This document shows positions 1-16,550 of a DNA stretch of 64,000 nucleotides, one piece after another. The DNA lies in NCBI RefSeq assembly GCF_009914755.1, contig NC_060933.1; one strand, written 5' to 3'. Under the pieces are notes generated by a model. That model was not told the origin of the DNA. It saw nothing but the letters and a program-made list of their open reading frames with translations, and ran no database searches. Within the stretch, counting starts at the first letter, position 1. Each line of letters opens with the position of its first letter. Origin of the DNA: the human T2T-CHM13v2.0 reference genome, Homo sapiens. A program made the position numbers and the translations under genes.

Positions 1-88
1 GTCTTGAACTCCCGACCTCAAGTGACCCACTTGCCTCAGCCTCCCAAAGTGCTGGAATTGCAGGCATGAGCCACGCCACTGTGCCCAA
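1..88 (-). mobile_element. Alu (partial, window edge)
   Basis: ...gcctcccaaagtgctggaattgcaggcatgagccac is the reverse complement of the Alu 5' end. Confidence 0.9.
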
Positions 89-102
89 CCCCCTGTGTTT
101 AA

Positions 103-564
<462 letters not shown>

Positions 565-1000
565 TGACCACGTGCCTGGCCCTGTGCTAAGCAATTGACA
601 GGCATGAGTGCCAGAGTCAGATGAAAGGTTAAGGTTCAGAGAGGTTAAGTCACTTTTCCAGGATCAGACAGCAAGTAGATATCAGAACCAGCATTCAAAC
701 CCAGCTTCGGCCAACTCCCAGCTCTTAACTACTGGGCTATTCCGCCTCTAGATGAGGCAAGGAGGGGCCTCCAGATCCCCTCTCTCACATCCAACTTTGT
801 AGAAGGGAGACTGAGCCACAGAGAGGCAAACGGACCTCCCTGGGACACACAGCAAGCAAGCAGCAGAACTGGCAATCCAGTGCCCCTTACTCTGTGTACC
901 CAGCCTTGGCCAGAGCTGGGCATGGAAGAGACCATGGGACCCCAGGCCTGTCCCTGTCACCGCAGCCCCCAGTGGCCTCACATGCTGCCCCTGCTCCCAG

Positions 1001-1138
1001 GTCTTCTCCACCCCTCACGGGCTCGAAGTGCATGTGCGACGCTCCCATAGTGGGACCCGGCCCTTCGCCTGTGACATCTGCGGCAAAACCTTCGGCCACG
1101 CTGTGAGCCTGGAGCAGCACACGCACGTCCACTCCCAG
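1001..1138 (+). CDS. GFI1B: GFI1B coding exon (rest of ZF1 and ZF2); 138-nt frame-preserving cassette exon
   Basis: ctcccag|GTC acceptor, CAG|gtgggc donor. Translates [46 protein letters not shown]. Confidence 0.96.
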
Positions 1139-1486
1139 GTGGGCACCTGGCCCAGCGCAGGACTCCCAGCCCCACTCCTTCTCTGTGCTTCCCCAGGGAG
1201 CCTGGGGGCTGTGGCTGGGTCCCTCCCCCTGCCCCTGGGGGTGACACAGATTGGGAGGGGTCCCCTAGTACCCACCTCCCTGGGTCTGGGTCTCCAACAC
1301 CTGCCCTTAACAAACTTCAGACTCTTAACTAAACCACCGTGCAGACCACAACCATCCCTGCCTCAAGGAACTCACTCTAGGTTAATGGTCATGAAATGTG
1401 AACCCCTAAAGAACCTCTGAGATCAGTCAGTCCATCAGTCAATCAACGAACATTTATTGAGGTTTATTTTGAGCGGGATACCGTGA

Positions 1487-1852
<366 letters not shown>

Positions 1853-2096
1853 TGAGTCTCACCTGCCTGTGCCCCCTGGGCAGAGCACCCCCACCTTTCC
1901 CTGAGAGATGCATCAGAGGCCCCCAGCGTGAGGCTGGGGGCGGGGTCTAGTTACAAAGTCAAAGGCCACTGCTGATGGAGGGCTGGGCACCTGTGCTACT
2001 TAAGTGCACTTAATGCATGGAAAAAAATACAGGGAGGAAACAGCAAAACCTCAACACTGTTGATCTCATGGCAGACATGAGACTAGCAGGCGAACT

Positions 2097-2500
2097 GCTC
2101 ATTCATTTGTTCACTCATTCACTCACTCACTTGCTCATTCATTTGTTCACTCATTTGCTCATTTATTCACACATTCGCTCACTCATTTGCTCATTCATTT
2201 GTTCACTCATTCATTCATTTGCTCATTCATTTGTTCACTCATTCATTTGCTCATTCATTTGTTCACTCATTCATTCATTTGTTCACTCATTTGCTCATTC
2301 ATTTGTTCACTCATTCATTCATTTGTTCACTCATTTGCTCATTCATTTGTTCACTCATTCATTCATTTGTTGATTCATTTGTTCACTCATTCACTCATTT
2401 GCTCATTTATTCACACATTCGCTCACTCATTTGCTCATTCATTTGTTCACTCATTCATTTGCTTATTCATTCATTCACTCATTCATTCACTTGCTTATTC
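2097..2500. repeat. Compound (TTCA/TCAT/TCAC)n microsatellite/VNTR in the last GFI1B intron
   Basis: Reiterated ttcatttgctca/ttcatttgttcac units; abuts a minus-strand L2-like 3' end at ~2500-2620. Confidence 0.95.
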
Positions 2501-2675
2501 ATTGCCTCCTTGCTATTAGCTGAGTGCCTCTTTTGTGCCAGGTATACCAGGCTTGGAGATGTATTGATAAACAAGATGACTCGGCAGCTGCCCCTAACCA
2601 CCCTATAATCCAGTAGGGGTGGAGGAGGGTCCAAGTTGTATCTTTGCTTCTCTCTCTTTTCTAATTATTTTCTAA

Positions 2676-2990
<315 letters not shown>

Positions 2991-3630
2991 GGCTGCGCCG
3001 GCTCCCAGCTCCTGGCCAGCCTGCCCTGCGGTCCTGTCACCTGGAGGCCAGCCTCACATGCCCAAATCTCCAGTCTCCTGGAGGTGGGACTGGACAGGAG
3101 TCTACCAGCTTGTTTTGAGACTCATGAAATTGCTGTGTGACCTTGGGCAAGTCACTTACCCTGTCTGGATCAACATTTCTCCTGCTGCCAAGTGTGGGAG
3201 GCTGGCTGGGTCTTTCTCAGCAGAAGTTGTTTCCAGGTGTGCTCAAGTGCCTTCCTCTAGCAGAGCACAGAAAGCTAGAATACCCCCAGGGAGACAGGGA
3301 TGCCAAGAGTAGACCAGAGCTGGGACCCACAGACAGAACCTCCACCTGCCTGCTGCCCACTGAGCTGGGACCTGGTCACCTTGGATTTTAGCCGGCCTCT
3401 TTCTGGCTATAACAGGCAGAGTCGGAGCTGCCTCCCACCCCAGTCAGAAGCCTGGCACCCCCTCTGCTTCGGCCAGATGTGCTGGCTGACTCCGACTTCC
3501 GACCAGCACTCAGCTGGCCTCTGGGGATTCTAGCTCCACAACCAGGCCGTGAGGCTGGAGAAACTGGCAGTTATTGCTGTCAAAAGCCTGTTCTCTCAAC
3601 TGCTGTCAATAAAATTAAAGATACAGATTT
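2991..3630 (+). other. GFI1B: GFI1B 3'UTR (3' end approximate; contains a MIR fragment at ~3130-3195)
   Basis: Lies between the stop codon and the first AATAAA. MIR-like gctgtgtgaccttgggcaagtcactt. Confidence 0.8.
3608..3619 (+). terminator. GFI1B: GFI1B polyadenylation signal (AATAAA directly followed by ATTAAA)
   Basis: tgctgtc AATAAA ATTAAA gata. Confidence 0.85.
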
Positions 3631-3870
3631 GCTGCCATGTGACCAGCATTTATTAAGTGCCTATGAGGTCCAGGGTACTGCACGAGGCTTTGGGGAGTGA
3701 TGCGGGGAGGCTTGAGGAGCAGAGAAAGCCATGGAGGTGCTCATAGGCAAGTTGTGGAGAAGTGTACTCAGCCCCCACGTGCACAGACCCGCTGACGAGC
3801 CAGGAGCAAGCAGAAGGGGCCCGTGCGACAAGACCACAGGGGTGGGCAAGGCTAGTGCAGCTGGGGCGGT

Positions 3871-4355
3871 ATCCGTTTCCTGTGGCTGCTGTGACAAATG
3901 ACCACAAACTTAGTGGCTTAAAACAACACACATTTATTCTCTTAAATTCTAGAGGCCAGAAACTCAAAATGAGTCTCATGGGGCTAACATCAAGGTGTTA
4001 GCAGGACTGCATTCCTGCAGCAGGCTCCCAGGAGAGTCTGTTTTCCTGTCTCTCACCTTCCCAAGGCCGTCTGTGCCTCTGATCTTGGCCCCTTCCTCTG
4101 CCTTCAAAGCACATAACTTGGATCTCTGCTTCTGCCTCCATCTCTGTCTTCTGCTTTCAACCTTCTTGCCTCTCTCTTATAAAGACCCTTCTGATTACAC
4201 TGAGCTCAGGTATAAATCATCCCATCTCAAGATCCTGAACGTAATCACCGTGATTGGCTGAATAATGGCCCCAAAGATGATATCCACATCCTAACCCTGG
4301 AACCTATGAGTGTGACGCTATAGGGTAAAAGGGACTTTGCAGGTGTGATGAAGCT
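3871..4355. mobile_element. MaLR MLT1-type LTR fragments (minus copy ~3871-4245, plus copy ~4250-4355)
   Basis: gctgtgacaaatgaccacaaacttagtggcttaaaacaacac and ggctgaataatggccccaaagat are typical MLT1 termini. Confidence 0.75.
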
Positions 4356-4958
4356 GAGCCTGGTGCCACACCTCTCTAGCTGTGTGACTTCAGGTGAGTT
4401 CCTGAACCTCTCTGGGGCTCAGCTTCCTCCTCTGTAAAATGGTAAACACAGCAGTCCCTTCCACCGATTCGCTGAGACCATTCTTACAAAGTGGCATACA
4501 GGTCCAGCCCAGCACGTAGTAAGTGCTGCCGAGTTGTGAACCTTCCTTTTTGAAGTCCTGTCCATCCTACAAGGCCCACTTAGCCATCTCCTCCATGAAG
4601 CCTCCCTGGGTCATCCAGCCAGAAGGTCTTCTCTCTCCTCTGATACCGAGCAACTCAGTCTCTTTGCTTACAGCTTAGGAGCCATTGAATGTGGAATGCA
4701 GTTATGTGTGGATAACTTCAGGAGGTCTTCTGTCTGAGCTCCAGCCGCACCCCACCCCCCATCCCACACCAATCCTGTGCCTGGCCCACAGCCATGGACA
4801 CCTCTGAATGAACTTGCAGGTACTGAGCTAAGCCAAGGGTTTCCATACATTGTCTCTAACCCACACAACCTTCTGCAATGGAATGCCATTCTCCCATTTT
4901 ACAGATGGGGCAACTGAGGCCCAGAGAGGTCAAACATAAAAAAAAAAACACAGATATG

Positions 4959-5390
<432 letters not shown>

Positions 5391-6244
5391 TTTCCTAGAG
5401 AAAGAAGGATTCTTTCCAAAGAAACGCCACTATCGTCCGATGGTTTCTGTCGGTTCATGAACTGACTTGTTTAACGTGTATTTGATTGCATGCCAACTTA
5501 TGAGGCTCAACCTGTCATGAAATGGCAAATGTCCCATGCAAACGCCCAATTCGCATCCATTGTGGGCAGCTCAAACCTGGGTCAAACTAGAAGCTGTTCA
5601 ATGGATCATCAGGGGAGTGAGTGACAAGTCCTCAGACTCATGTTCGTGGTTCCAGAGAGGCCCACAGAGCCGGCTGGACATGCCTCAGACCCGTTCTGGT
5701 GCTCCCCAGGCGTGCGCCACAAGCCTCCGGGGGTTCGTTTGCTTTAGACGGAGTAGAGATCACATTGCTCAAATAACTGGGAGGAACTCTGGGTTAACGT
5801 TCAGTCTATTGCAACTGCTTCTTAGAGCCTATAACGTGTGATACGCATGTGTCCATCCCCAAGGGGAGGATTTGGGTGTTCAGTGTTTTCCTAAGGTTAA
5901 TTTGGGAACCAGAGAGGGAGAGGGAGAGGTTGGCCTACTTGCCCAAAGTCACACAGCAGGTAAAGGCAGGACTGGGATCAGAAACTGATTCCGAGTTGAG
6001 GCTATCTTTTTGGAGTCTGTGTACTCTCCCTCCCACTGAAACCCAAAAGTGTTTCTTCCAGGTCTCTTCTCTGGTGTGCAAGGGGCTTGGGCCCCCAAGA
6101 GGAATGGAACTCTCACCCACCCCCAGGCTCTGCATTTGGCTAGGCAGAATCCTGACATCCATTTCCTGCCAGAAGCTCTTCCTGTTTCCTTTAGCCAGAA
6201 TTCCTCTAAGCAAACCTGTCAGGTGTGCGGGGTGGGCTCGGGGC

Positions 6245-6800
6245 TCGGGATTTGCATGGGAGGGTGGTCCCGTCTCCTCAGCAAGCTCCCTGTCGGTGTC
6301 CTGTCTTGAAATCCAGCTCTTGGAATCAGGAGAAGAGGGACCCTGGTGGCCAGAGCACCAGAGCCAGCAAAGCCTTAGAAACCACCTGTTCCCACCTCTC
6401 CTCCTGTCCAGGAGGACAGAGAAGCCCAGAGAGGGGAAGGGCCTTGCCCACAGCCACACTTCTGGGGCCAGGCCTGGAATGGGCTCCTGACTCATCTCTT
6501 ACACACACATGCACACATGCACACACACGGATTGGGAGCTGCTTTGCATACTCCCTGTTTGCTAAACAAAACCAAACCAGTATCGGGATTTCAGCCACTT
6601 CTGCAGCAGGGCGGGGCAAGGCGGAGGAGCTGAGCTGTGAGGGGAAGCCAGACAATGTTCCTTCTTTGTCGACTGAGGTTTGGCGAGATCGAGATTAAGC
6701 TTGTCGGGCTCCTCCAGTGAGTGGCTGTGTGGGGTGGCGCCAGCGGAAGGCCACAGCAGCCTCAGAGCAGTGGGGGCTGGAACCCCATTTGCATACAGCA
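6245..6800. promoter_or_regulatory. Candidate enhancer: octamer/forkhead/SOX motif cluster
   Basis: ATTTGCAT 6250-6257 and 6787-6794, CTTTGCAT 6542-6549, TGTTTGCTAAACAAA 6556-6570, ACAATG-N6-CTTTGT 6652-6669. Confidence 0.4.
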
Positions 6801-8998
6801 GAGAAAGAGGGCAGGTAGTGGGGAAGCCTGTGACACCTGCTTCCAGGGGAAGATTCTGCACTGGCTGGGAAGGCTTGGCTTGGGCTTCCTGGCCCTGCTG
6901 AGTCCGTGGATTGGGGCTCGGGGGTTGCTGTGAGCCAGAGGGCGGTGCTGCTGACCCTTCCTCATGCCTGAGAAGCTGCTGCAGGCTGGCCTCATGTGCA
7001 GAGCTGGGAGCCCCTAGGAGAAGGCAGCCCTGGAGAAGACTTGGATGGGCCCCAGTGGGACAGAGTTCCCTGGATGTTCCGTCTCCTTCTGGATGCAGAG
7101 GCTATGCCCATGACACTGGGGCGGGGAGGTGGCCCAGGAGGTGCTGTGGGGCACCACCCACCTGCAGTCTGTGATTTCAGGGAAGTTCAAGCTCCCCCAC
7201 CAATTCTCCACTTCCCGTCAGCTCCCTGCGGCCAACTACCTGGCCTGCAATTCCTGCCACCGGAGTTGCAATGTGACCTGGAAGGCACTGTCCAGCCCTG
7301 TGGAGACTGTCCGTGGCTTCCATGTGCCACACAAGGAAACAGAGGCCCAGAGAGGAGAGGTGCTAGCCCAAGGTCACATTGCCATTAACAGCATAGTACG
7401 ACAGAACCCAGGTTTTCCAGCCCCAGTCTAGTGGCCGTCCTAGCAGGGCCTCTGGGTTGCCTGACTCCAGGGTGCTCCATGTGCATAGAATACGGTGTAA
7501 ATGGTGTTGGTGGGGTGGGTGGCTGGGTGGGGTGGAAGCGTTCCTTAGACTGTGGCACTGACCCCTTGCTTCCAAGGATTGAATGGGGACTCGTGAGACC
7601 TCAGGATGCTGCTGGTGACATGACCCAGAATATCAGTTTACTCCATGGTAATTAACAAAACCAATATTTTAATATCAAAACTAGCCAGCCACATTAGGGA
7701 GTGGAATGTAACATCTGAATTAATTTTCAGATAAAATGTCCTGTTCGTGGTGACAGCTTCAGGCTACACTGCAGGCCCTGCACCCCGCATTCCCTCTGGA
7801 TGCAGGAGAAGCCCCTCTTCCAAGCAGGCCACATCCCACAGGGCAACCAGGCCCAGGGCCAGGGCCTCCTGAGGGACAGACTGAGAGGTGCCCAGTGAGC
7901 CCGCCATGGAAATCACTGATAAGGATGGAAATGCATCTCCCAGGGTGAGCCTGGAGATTTGTGCGTGTGTGCACTCACACACATGTGTTGGCCCCAGCCT
8001 GTCTCTATCTGCCCATGACTGGAGTGAGCTGGCCTGGAAGCGGGGTGGACAGACCGAGGTAAGGAGGCAGGGACCGGGCACTCGGGCTATAGGGAAGTGG
8101 AAGTAAACAGGGTTCTGTATGATCCAGAAGATCAGGACCTGTCCTGAAGGTTCCCTGGAGATCAGACATCCCCCACCCCATCGCCTAGAGAACTGAGCCC
8201 CAGCCCCAGCTGCTCACCATGACCTAGCCTTCAGGGCTGACCCCAGTCCCCTGACTTCAAACCCCTCTCTGCAATCCCTGCCCTATGGGGGCTCCCACTC
8301 AGTGTGGTGTGGGTGAAGGCTGTTCCACGGGAAGGAACCGAGAACACAGAAGAATCTGGGCTGGCCAGAAGTGAGAAGGAAGCAGGAAGGAGTGCAGGGA
8401 GTGGGCAGAGCATGGCACACGCTGTGCATCAGGGGAGACTGAAGACCCCCAGGAGTTCTTAAAGGCATTGCAGCCGTTGACTTATGGGCCCGAAGCCCCG
8501 AGGGAGCTGCTATGACATGGGCTGAGCTTTAGAAGGAAGACCCAGGTGGGTGTGCAGTGCGGCCTGGGGGCACAGAGCAGGGGCACTGGCTGGAGGCCGG
8601 TCTTGTCAGTATCAGGAGTGACAGCAGCTCCAGCCTCAGCGTCAGTCTGGCCTGGGCTCTCCCTGCTACCCTGTTGAGGCTGCTCAGGGAGGGGAGGGCG
8701 GCCCGGCCCTGGATGGAGGGCGGGACCCAGAAGAGTGAGGCCCCACCCCACCCCGCGTCCTGGGGTCACTGGACAAGCAGCAGGGCCCTTCTTGCTATTC
8801 CTAAATGTTCTCAAGAGAACTCAATGCTGTTTCCCACCCTCGAGCCTTTGCCCCTCGTGTTCCCTCTGCCTGAAATGCCCTCTTCTTGTTCTGAACCCTC
8901 TCAGGCTTAAGTCAAGTTCATAAGAAAAGCTTTTGAAATGTGATCGCCCATGACCCTCCATTCCACTCCTAGGAATGTATCTTCAAGAAATAGATATG

Positions 8999-10468
<1,470 letters not shown>

Positions 10469-11279
10469 CTAAAAAATAGAAGAGAAAATAATTTTGCAGA
10501 ATAAATGTATTGATAGAGGAAGCTATTGATATCTTAAGTGAAAATGAGGTTTAAAAAATCAGTATACAACCCATGATTCATGTTGTTAATTACATACACA
10601 CACACACACACACACACACGGAAGGAAGTGTGCAAGGATAAACGGCAGTGTCTTTTTTCTTCTTATTTTTTAGTGTGTATGTTTTATTTTTCTGTATTGG
10701 GCGTGCATGATAACATTATCACTGGCATGACAAAAAAGACTCTGTCTGCTGAAATATGATTTCCCGGCCTTGAGGTTTGTGTCTCTGTCCCCTCCCTCAA
10801 AGCTGCAGGTCCCTTCAGGCCCCTCTAGTGCAGTGCAGAGCCTTGCAGGCAGGTGACTTTTTACTTTACAAGTGCTGGCTGTCTCGCCCCCACCCTGCTA
10901 CTCTGTGAGCCACCTCCTGGCAGATGCTGGGTCCTATCCTTTGGGGCCAGGGCCTACTAGGTCCCCAGTAAGTTTAGGATGGGTATGCAACCTCCCGACT
11001 CCTTCTTAGCAGCTGGGGCAGGGCCTCCAAGGTAGGTAGAGTGACAGCCTGGTTTGGGAACAGTGGGGTGGACACTGGACCTGTGACTTCTCACAGGGTC
11101 CCCAGCTCTTCCTCTGGTCTGGGTCAGGGGCTGTCCGGGACCACCTCCATGGGTGTCTAGCTGGAGTTGGGCCTGGCCCGGAGACAGGCAGGACCCAGGG
11201 TTCCCGGGGGATGGGGGCTGCAGGGATGCTGCGGGAGGGAAATCTGAGGCAGGGCATGTTCCGACCCGGCATGCTCAGG

Positions 11280-11400
11280 TTTGGCCTGATAAGTTTATCG
11301 CACGGTGCCGGCTGCCAACCGTCGGTGTGGAGTAGAACCATGGGCCAAGCAGGAGGGCACTCCTGAGCCGATAGCGCCTTCCAAGTGTTATCAGGGGCCT
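11280..11400. promoter_or_regulatory. Candidate haematopoietic GFI1B 3' enhancer 1 (GATA cluster)
   Basis: TGATAA 11287-11292, TTATCG 11295-11300, CGATAG 11369-11374, TTATCA 11388-11393, MYB-like CAACCG, E-box CAAGTG 11382-11387. Confidence 0.6.
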
Positions 11401-11430
11401 GGTGGCCCAGAGAGCGGGAGAAAGGGACCA

Positions 11431-11505
11431 GAGGAGGGAGAGAGAGAGAGAGTGAGGGAGAGAGACAGACACAGACAGAGAGAGAGAAAGAGAGAGAGAG
11501 AGAGA
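11431..11505. repeat. (GA)n-rich microsatellite
   Basis: gagagagagagtgagggagagagacagacacagacagagagagagaaagagagagagagagag. Confidence 0.9.
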
Positions 11506-12178
11506 CTTCCACCCACTTCACTCAAAGGACAAGCTGGGGAGGAAGAGGCCTCCGAGGTTCCTCAGGGGTCCTTGACGTCCCAGCCTTGAGCCACTGCAGT
11601 GGGGAATCAGCCCCGGGCAGGCACAGGCTGAAGACCCCATCAAACCCAGGCATAGCCTTCCAGATCACCAGACAATGCTGCCACTACTCAGCTCTTCCGC
11701 AAGACCTAGGGAAAAAACTCCCTTTCCTGGAAGGTCCTGGGGCTCCAGGATGCACGTGGAAATCCCTGGGAGCAGGAGGGCCAGGCAGCCGGGGGCTGCT
11801 TCTTTAATTACTTGAACCCCATTCCATCCCACCCCAACCCTTTTCCTCCCTAACCCCAAGCCCCAAGGCCTCGGGTGAGAGTCAGGCTCAGGTTATCTTT
11901 TGTGAGTCCCTCTGGGGTGTCCAGCCTGGCACTTGTCTCCATCCAGGGAGGCACGGCTTTCCAACATTACACCCCTCCTCATGACTGGGGAAACTGAGTC
12001 TGAGAGTGAGCAGGAGAGCAGGCAGGGGGGCAAGGACCCAGGAGACCAGGAGGAAGAAGAGCAGGAAGAGAAGGGAAAGCTGGGAGGTTCCACGCCCACC
12101 CTGAGGTCTGGAGGTCCGACAAGTGCTTCGTGATCTGCAAGGAAAAGTCGCACATGAGGCAATGCCTCCCAGCCCTAA

Positions 12179-14440
<2,262 letters not shown>

Positions 14441-14939
14441 TAGACACCTCTTGACTCCCAACCTCTGCTCTTTCTGTCCCCTCTACCCAAGTGGCTCTTT
14501 TCCTCCTACCGATTTGCTCAGCTCTCTCCTAACTGTCCTGGGCACAGCTCAAGCCTCACCTCCTCCGGATGCCTTCCCAGGCAGTTCTCTTCCCTCTGAC
14601 ACGTTTGTGGCACGATCACAGCACTTTCCTGTGAACGCTGTGAATGGCTCAGGGTGCGGGGTAGGCACACAATAAATGTAGTTGTTATTTCATTGCCAAA
14701 AGCTCTGACCTTGGAGCCCAGGTTCTGGGCTGGACCTGCAGGGCCACAGGTCCTCCCAGTCTGGGGTTGGGGAGCAGGTGGGGAGCAGGTGGGCTCCCCC
14801 ATGCTGTGATGAGCTGAATCCTGCTGCACTCCTCGGCTGTCCCTGCCGACAGCTGGAGCTACAGACACCAGGCTGAAGCCCAGAGCTATTTCTGCCAAGG
14901 GTGACTTGGAACTTCCTCCCGGATCTCTTAAAAATAGAG

Positions 14940-15220
14940 GGGTTATCGTGGCCGTCAGGCCCCTTCCTCCACATGGGGAACTCGAACATGATTTCTGGGG
15001 AAGGCCTAAGCCCCAGGCCTCTCTCAGCCCAGCAAGGACTTATCTCTGAGCTCAGCTGGGCAGCAGGAAGGGAGCGAAGCGACCACCGTGGGCAGCTCTT
15101 CCTGCCCCAGGAGCCCCTTTTGGGAGCAGCAAGGGATGTGGCCACTGACTCAGGGGTGTCAATCACCCATCTTCCCCGGAGCTGCGGTTGCCCACCGGAC
15201 TCTGAGGGGAATCAGAAGTC
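14940..15220. promoter_or_regulatory. Candidate GFI1B 3' enhancer 2 (E-box-GATA composite)
   Basis: TATC-N8-CAGCTG 15041-15058, ETS CAGGAAG 15064-15070, AP-1 TGACTCA 15146-15152, GFI core AATCAC 15161-15166, MYB CGGTTG 15185-15190. Confidence 0.62.
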
Positions 15221-16139
15221 AGTCGCGTAGAGAGCATCCTGGGGAAGCCTCAGGCACCGTCCGGCCTGGCCTTTCTGCTCCAAGCCCTCCCCCTGCGCCC
15301 AGCACGACCCCATCTCTGTACACTACCATGAGATCACTGGTGGACAGCTGTCTCTACTGTGTGGCCAGCCCCAGCAGAGGCTGAGGGTCGGGCACCTGGA
15401 GGTCAGGCTGGGGTCTACCACTCCCAGCAGCTGGTTCCTCTCTGCAACAGAGGGCATTCCTGGGGGCCAGCCCAGCTCCTCTGGGGATTTCTTCCCACTT
15501 TGTAGACCCCAGACTTAGTGCCAATAGAAGACCACTTCTCGCAGGGTACAAAGTCTGTTCAACAAGTATTTGCTGGGCGTCCACTCTGGGCAGGGCCTTG
15601 GCAAGACCCAGGAGAGGAGACGCTGTGGGGGGTCTGGAGGCCCAAGGGGGTTACTAAGCCCAGCCCTGGGGTTAAGGGAAGTCTAATGAGGGAAGTCGAC
15701 ATTTGCAAGACAAAAAGAATTTGATCTGTTGGAAGTGCAGAGGGCTGCCCCAAGCCAAGAAAACAGCTGGGCGCAAAGCCCTGGGGGAGACAAGAGGCCT
15801 CCCCTGCCCCCAGCTCTTGCCCAACCTGTTAGGGAGCAGTGCTCTAGCCAGCGCCTTCTCAGGGCTTCAGGAGGCCAGTGTGCAAAGCAAGGGTGACCTA
15901 GTGGGGTCCTGGGGGCTATCCTGTTGGGGCTTGGCAGCCAGCCACATGCATCTTTGGTCATTGCCACGGTCACGGTCCCTGCCTTCCCATCCCTGCTGGC
16001 TCGTGGGATGTCTACGGGGCTTGCCTGGCACCCCCGGCCCTCCTCTGCACTCCTCAGGAAGGAAGGTTCAGGATCCCTGAGCTCAGCCTCCCCAAGGCAG
16101 CTCTTTAGAAGCCTACAATCTTAGCTGGAAACCGTCACG

Positions 16140-16550
16140 GTTAAGGGTTTCCTCCCGGTGGCTCCCCAGCGCCCCTCAGCCCGGCCTGAGACTTATCACT
16201 GCCCCCCAGCTGGTGCCCCCCTCCTCCTCCAACCACCTCACCCTGGGTGATTCAGCAAATCTTCCCTCCATGAGGGGAAAAACAAGAGTGAAAAATCACA
16301 ATGTCAGATTACAAAGCCCTAACTGTAGGGCAGGCCCCTGGCAGGGAGATAAGGGTCTCATTCCCCACCCTCAAAGCCTCTCTGGCAGATAAACCTCCTA
16401 GAGCAGCATGGGCTGCACTGCTGCAGGTGTGGGGTGGGGAGGCCTGGCCTCACGGAAGTCTGGTCAGGGGACACAGGGCCCTGCCAGGAGCTGAGGGCCC
16501 ACAGCTCGGCCACTGTGCAGAGCTGGCCAAAGAGGAAGTGCCACGGCCAG
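16140..16550. promoter_or_regulatory. Candidate GFI1B 3' enhancer 3 (E-box-N9-GATA, GATA, ETS/PU.1, GFI motifs)
   Basis: TATC-N9-CAGCTG 16194-16212, AAATCACA 16293-16300, AGATAA 16347-16352 and 16387-16392, CGGAAGT 16453-16459, AGAGGAAGTG 16531-16540. Confidence 0.68.

Noticed and set aside
2017-2608. Overlapping His/Ser/Phe-rich ORFs
   Set aside because: Translations of the TCAT microsatellite inside a GFI1B intron.
5849-6698. 213-aa, 186-aa and 157-aa overlapping ORFs
   Set aside because: No recognisable domain or splice structure; expected by chance in GC-rich DNA.
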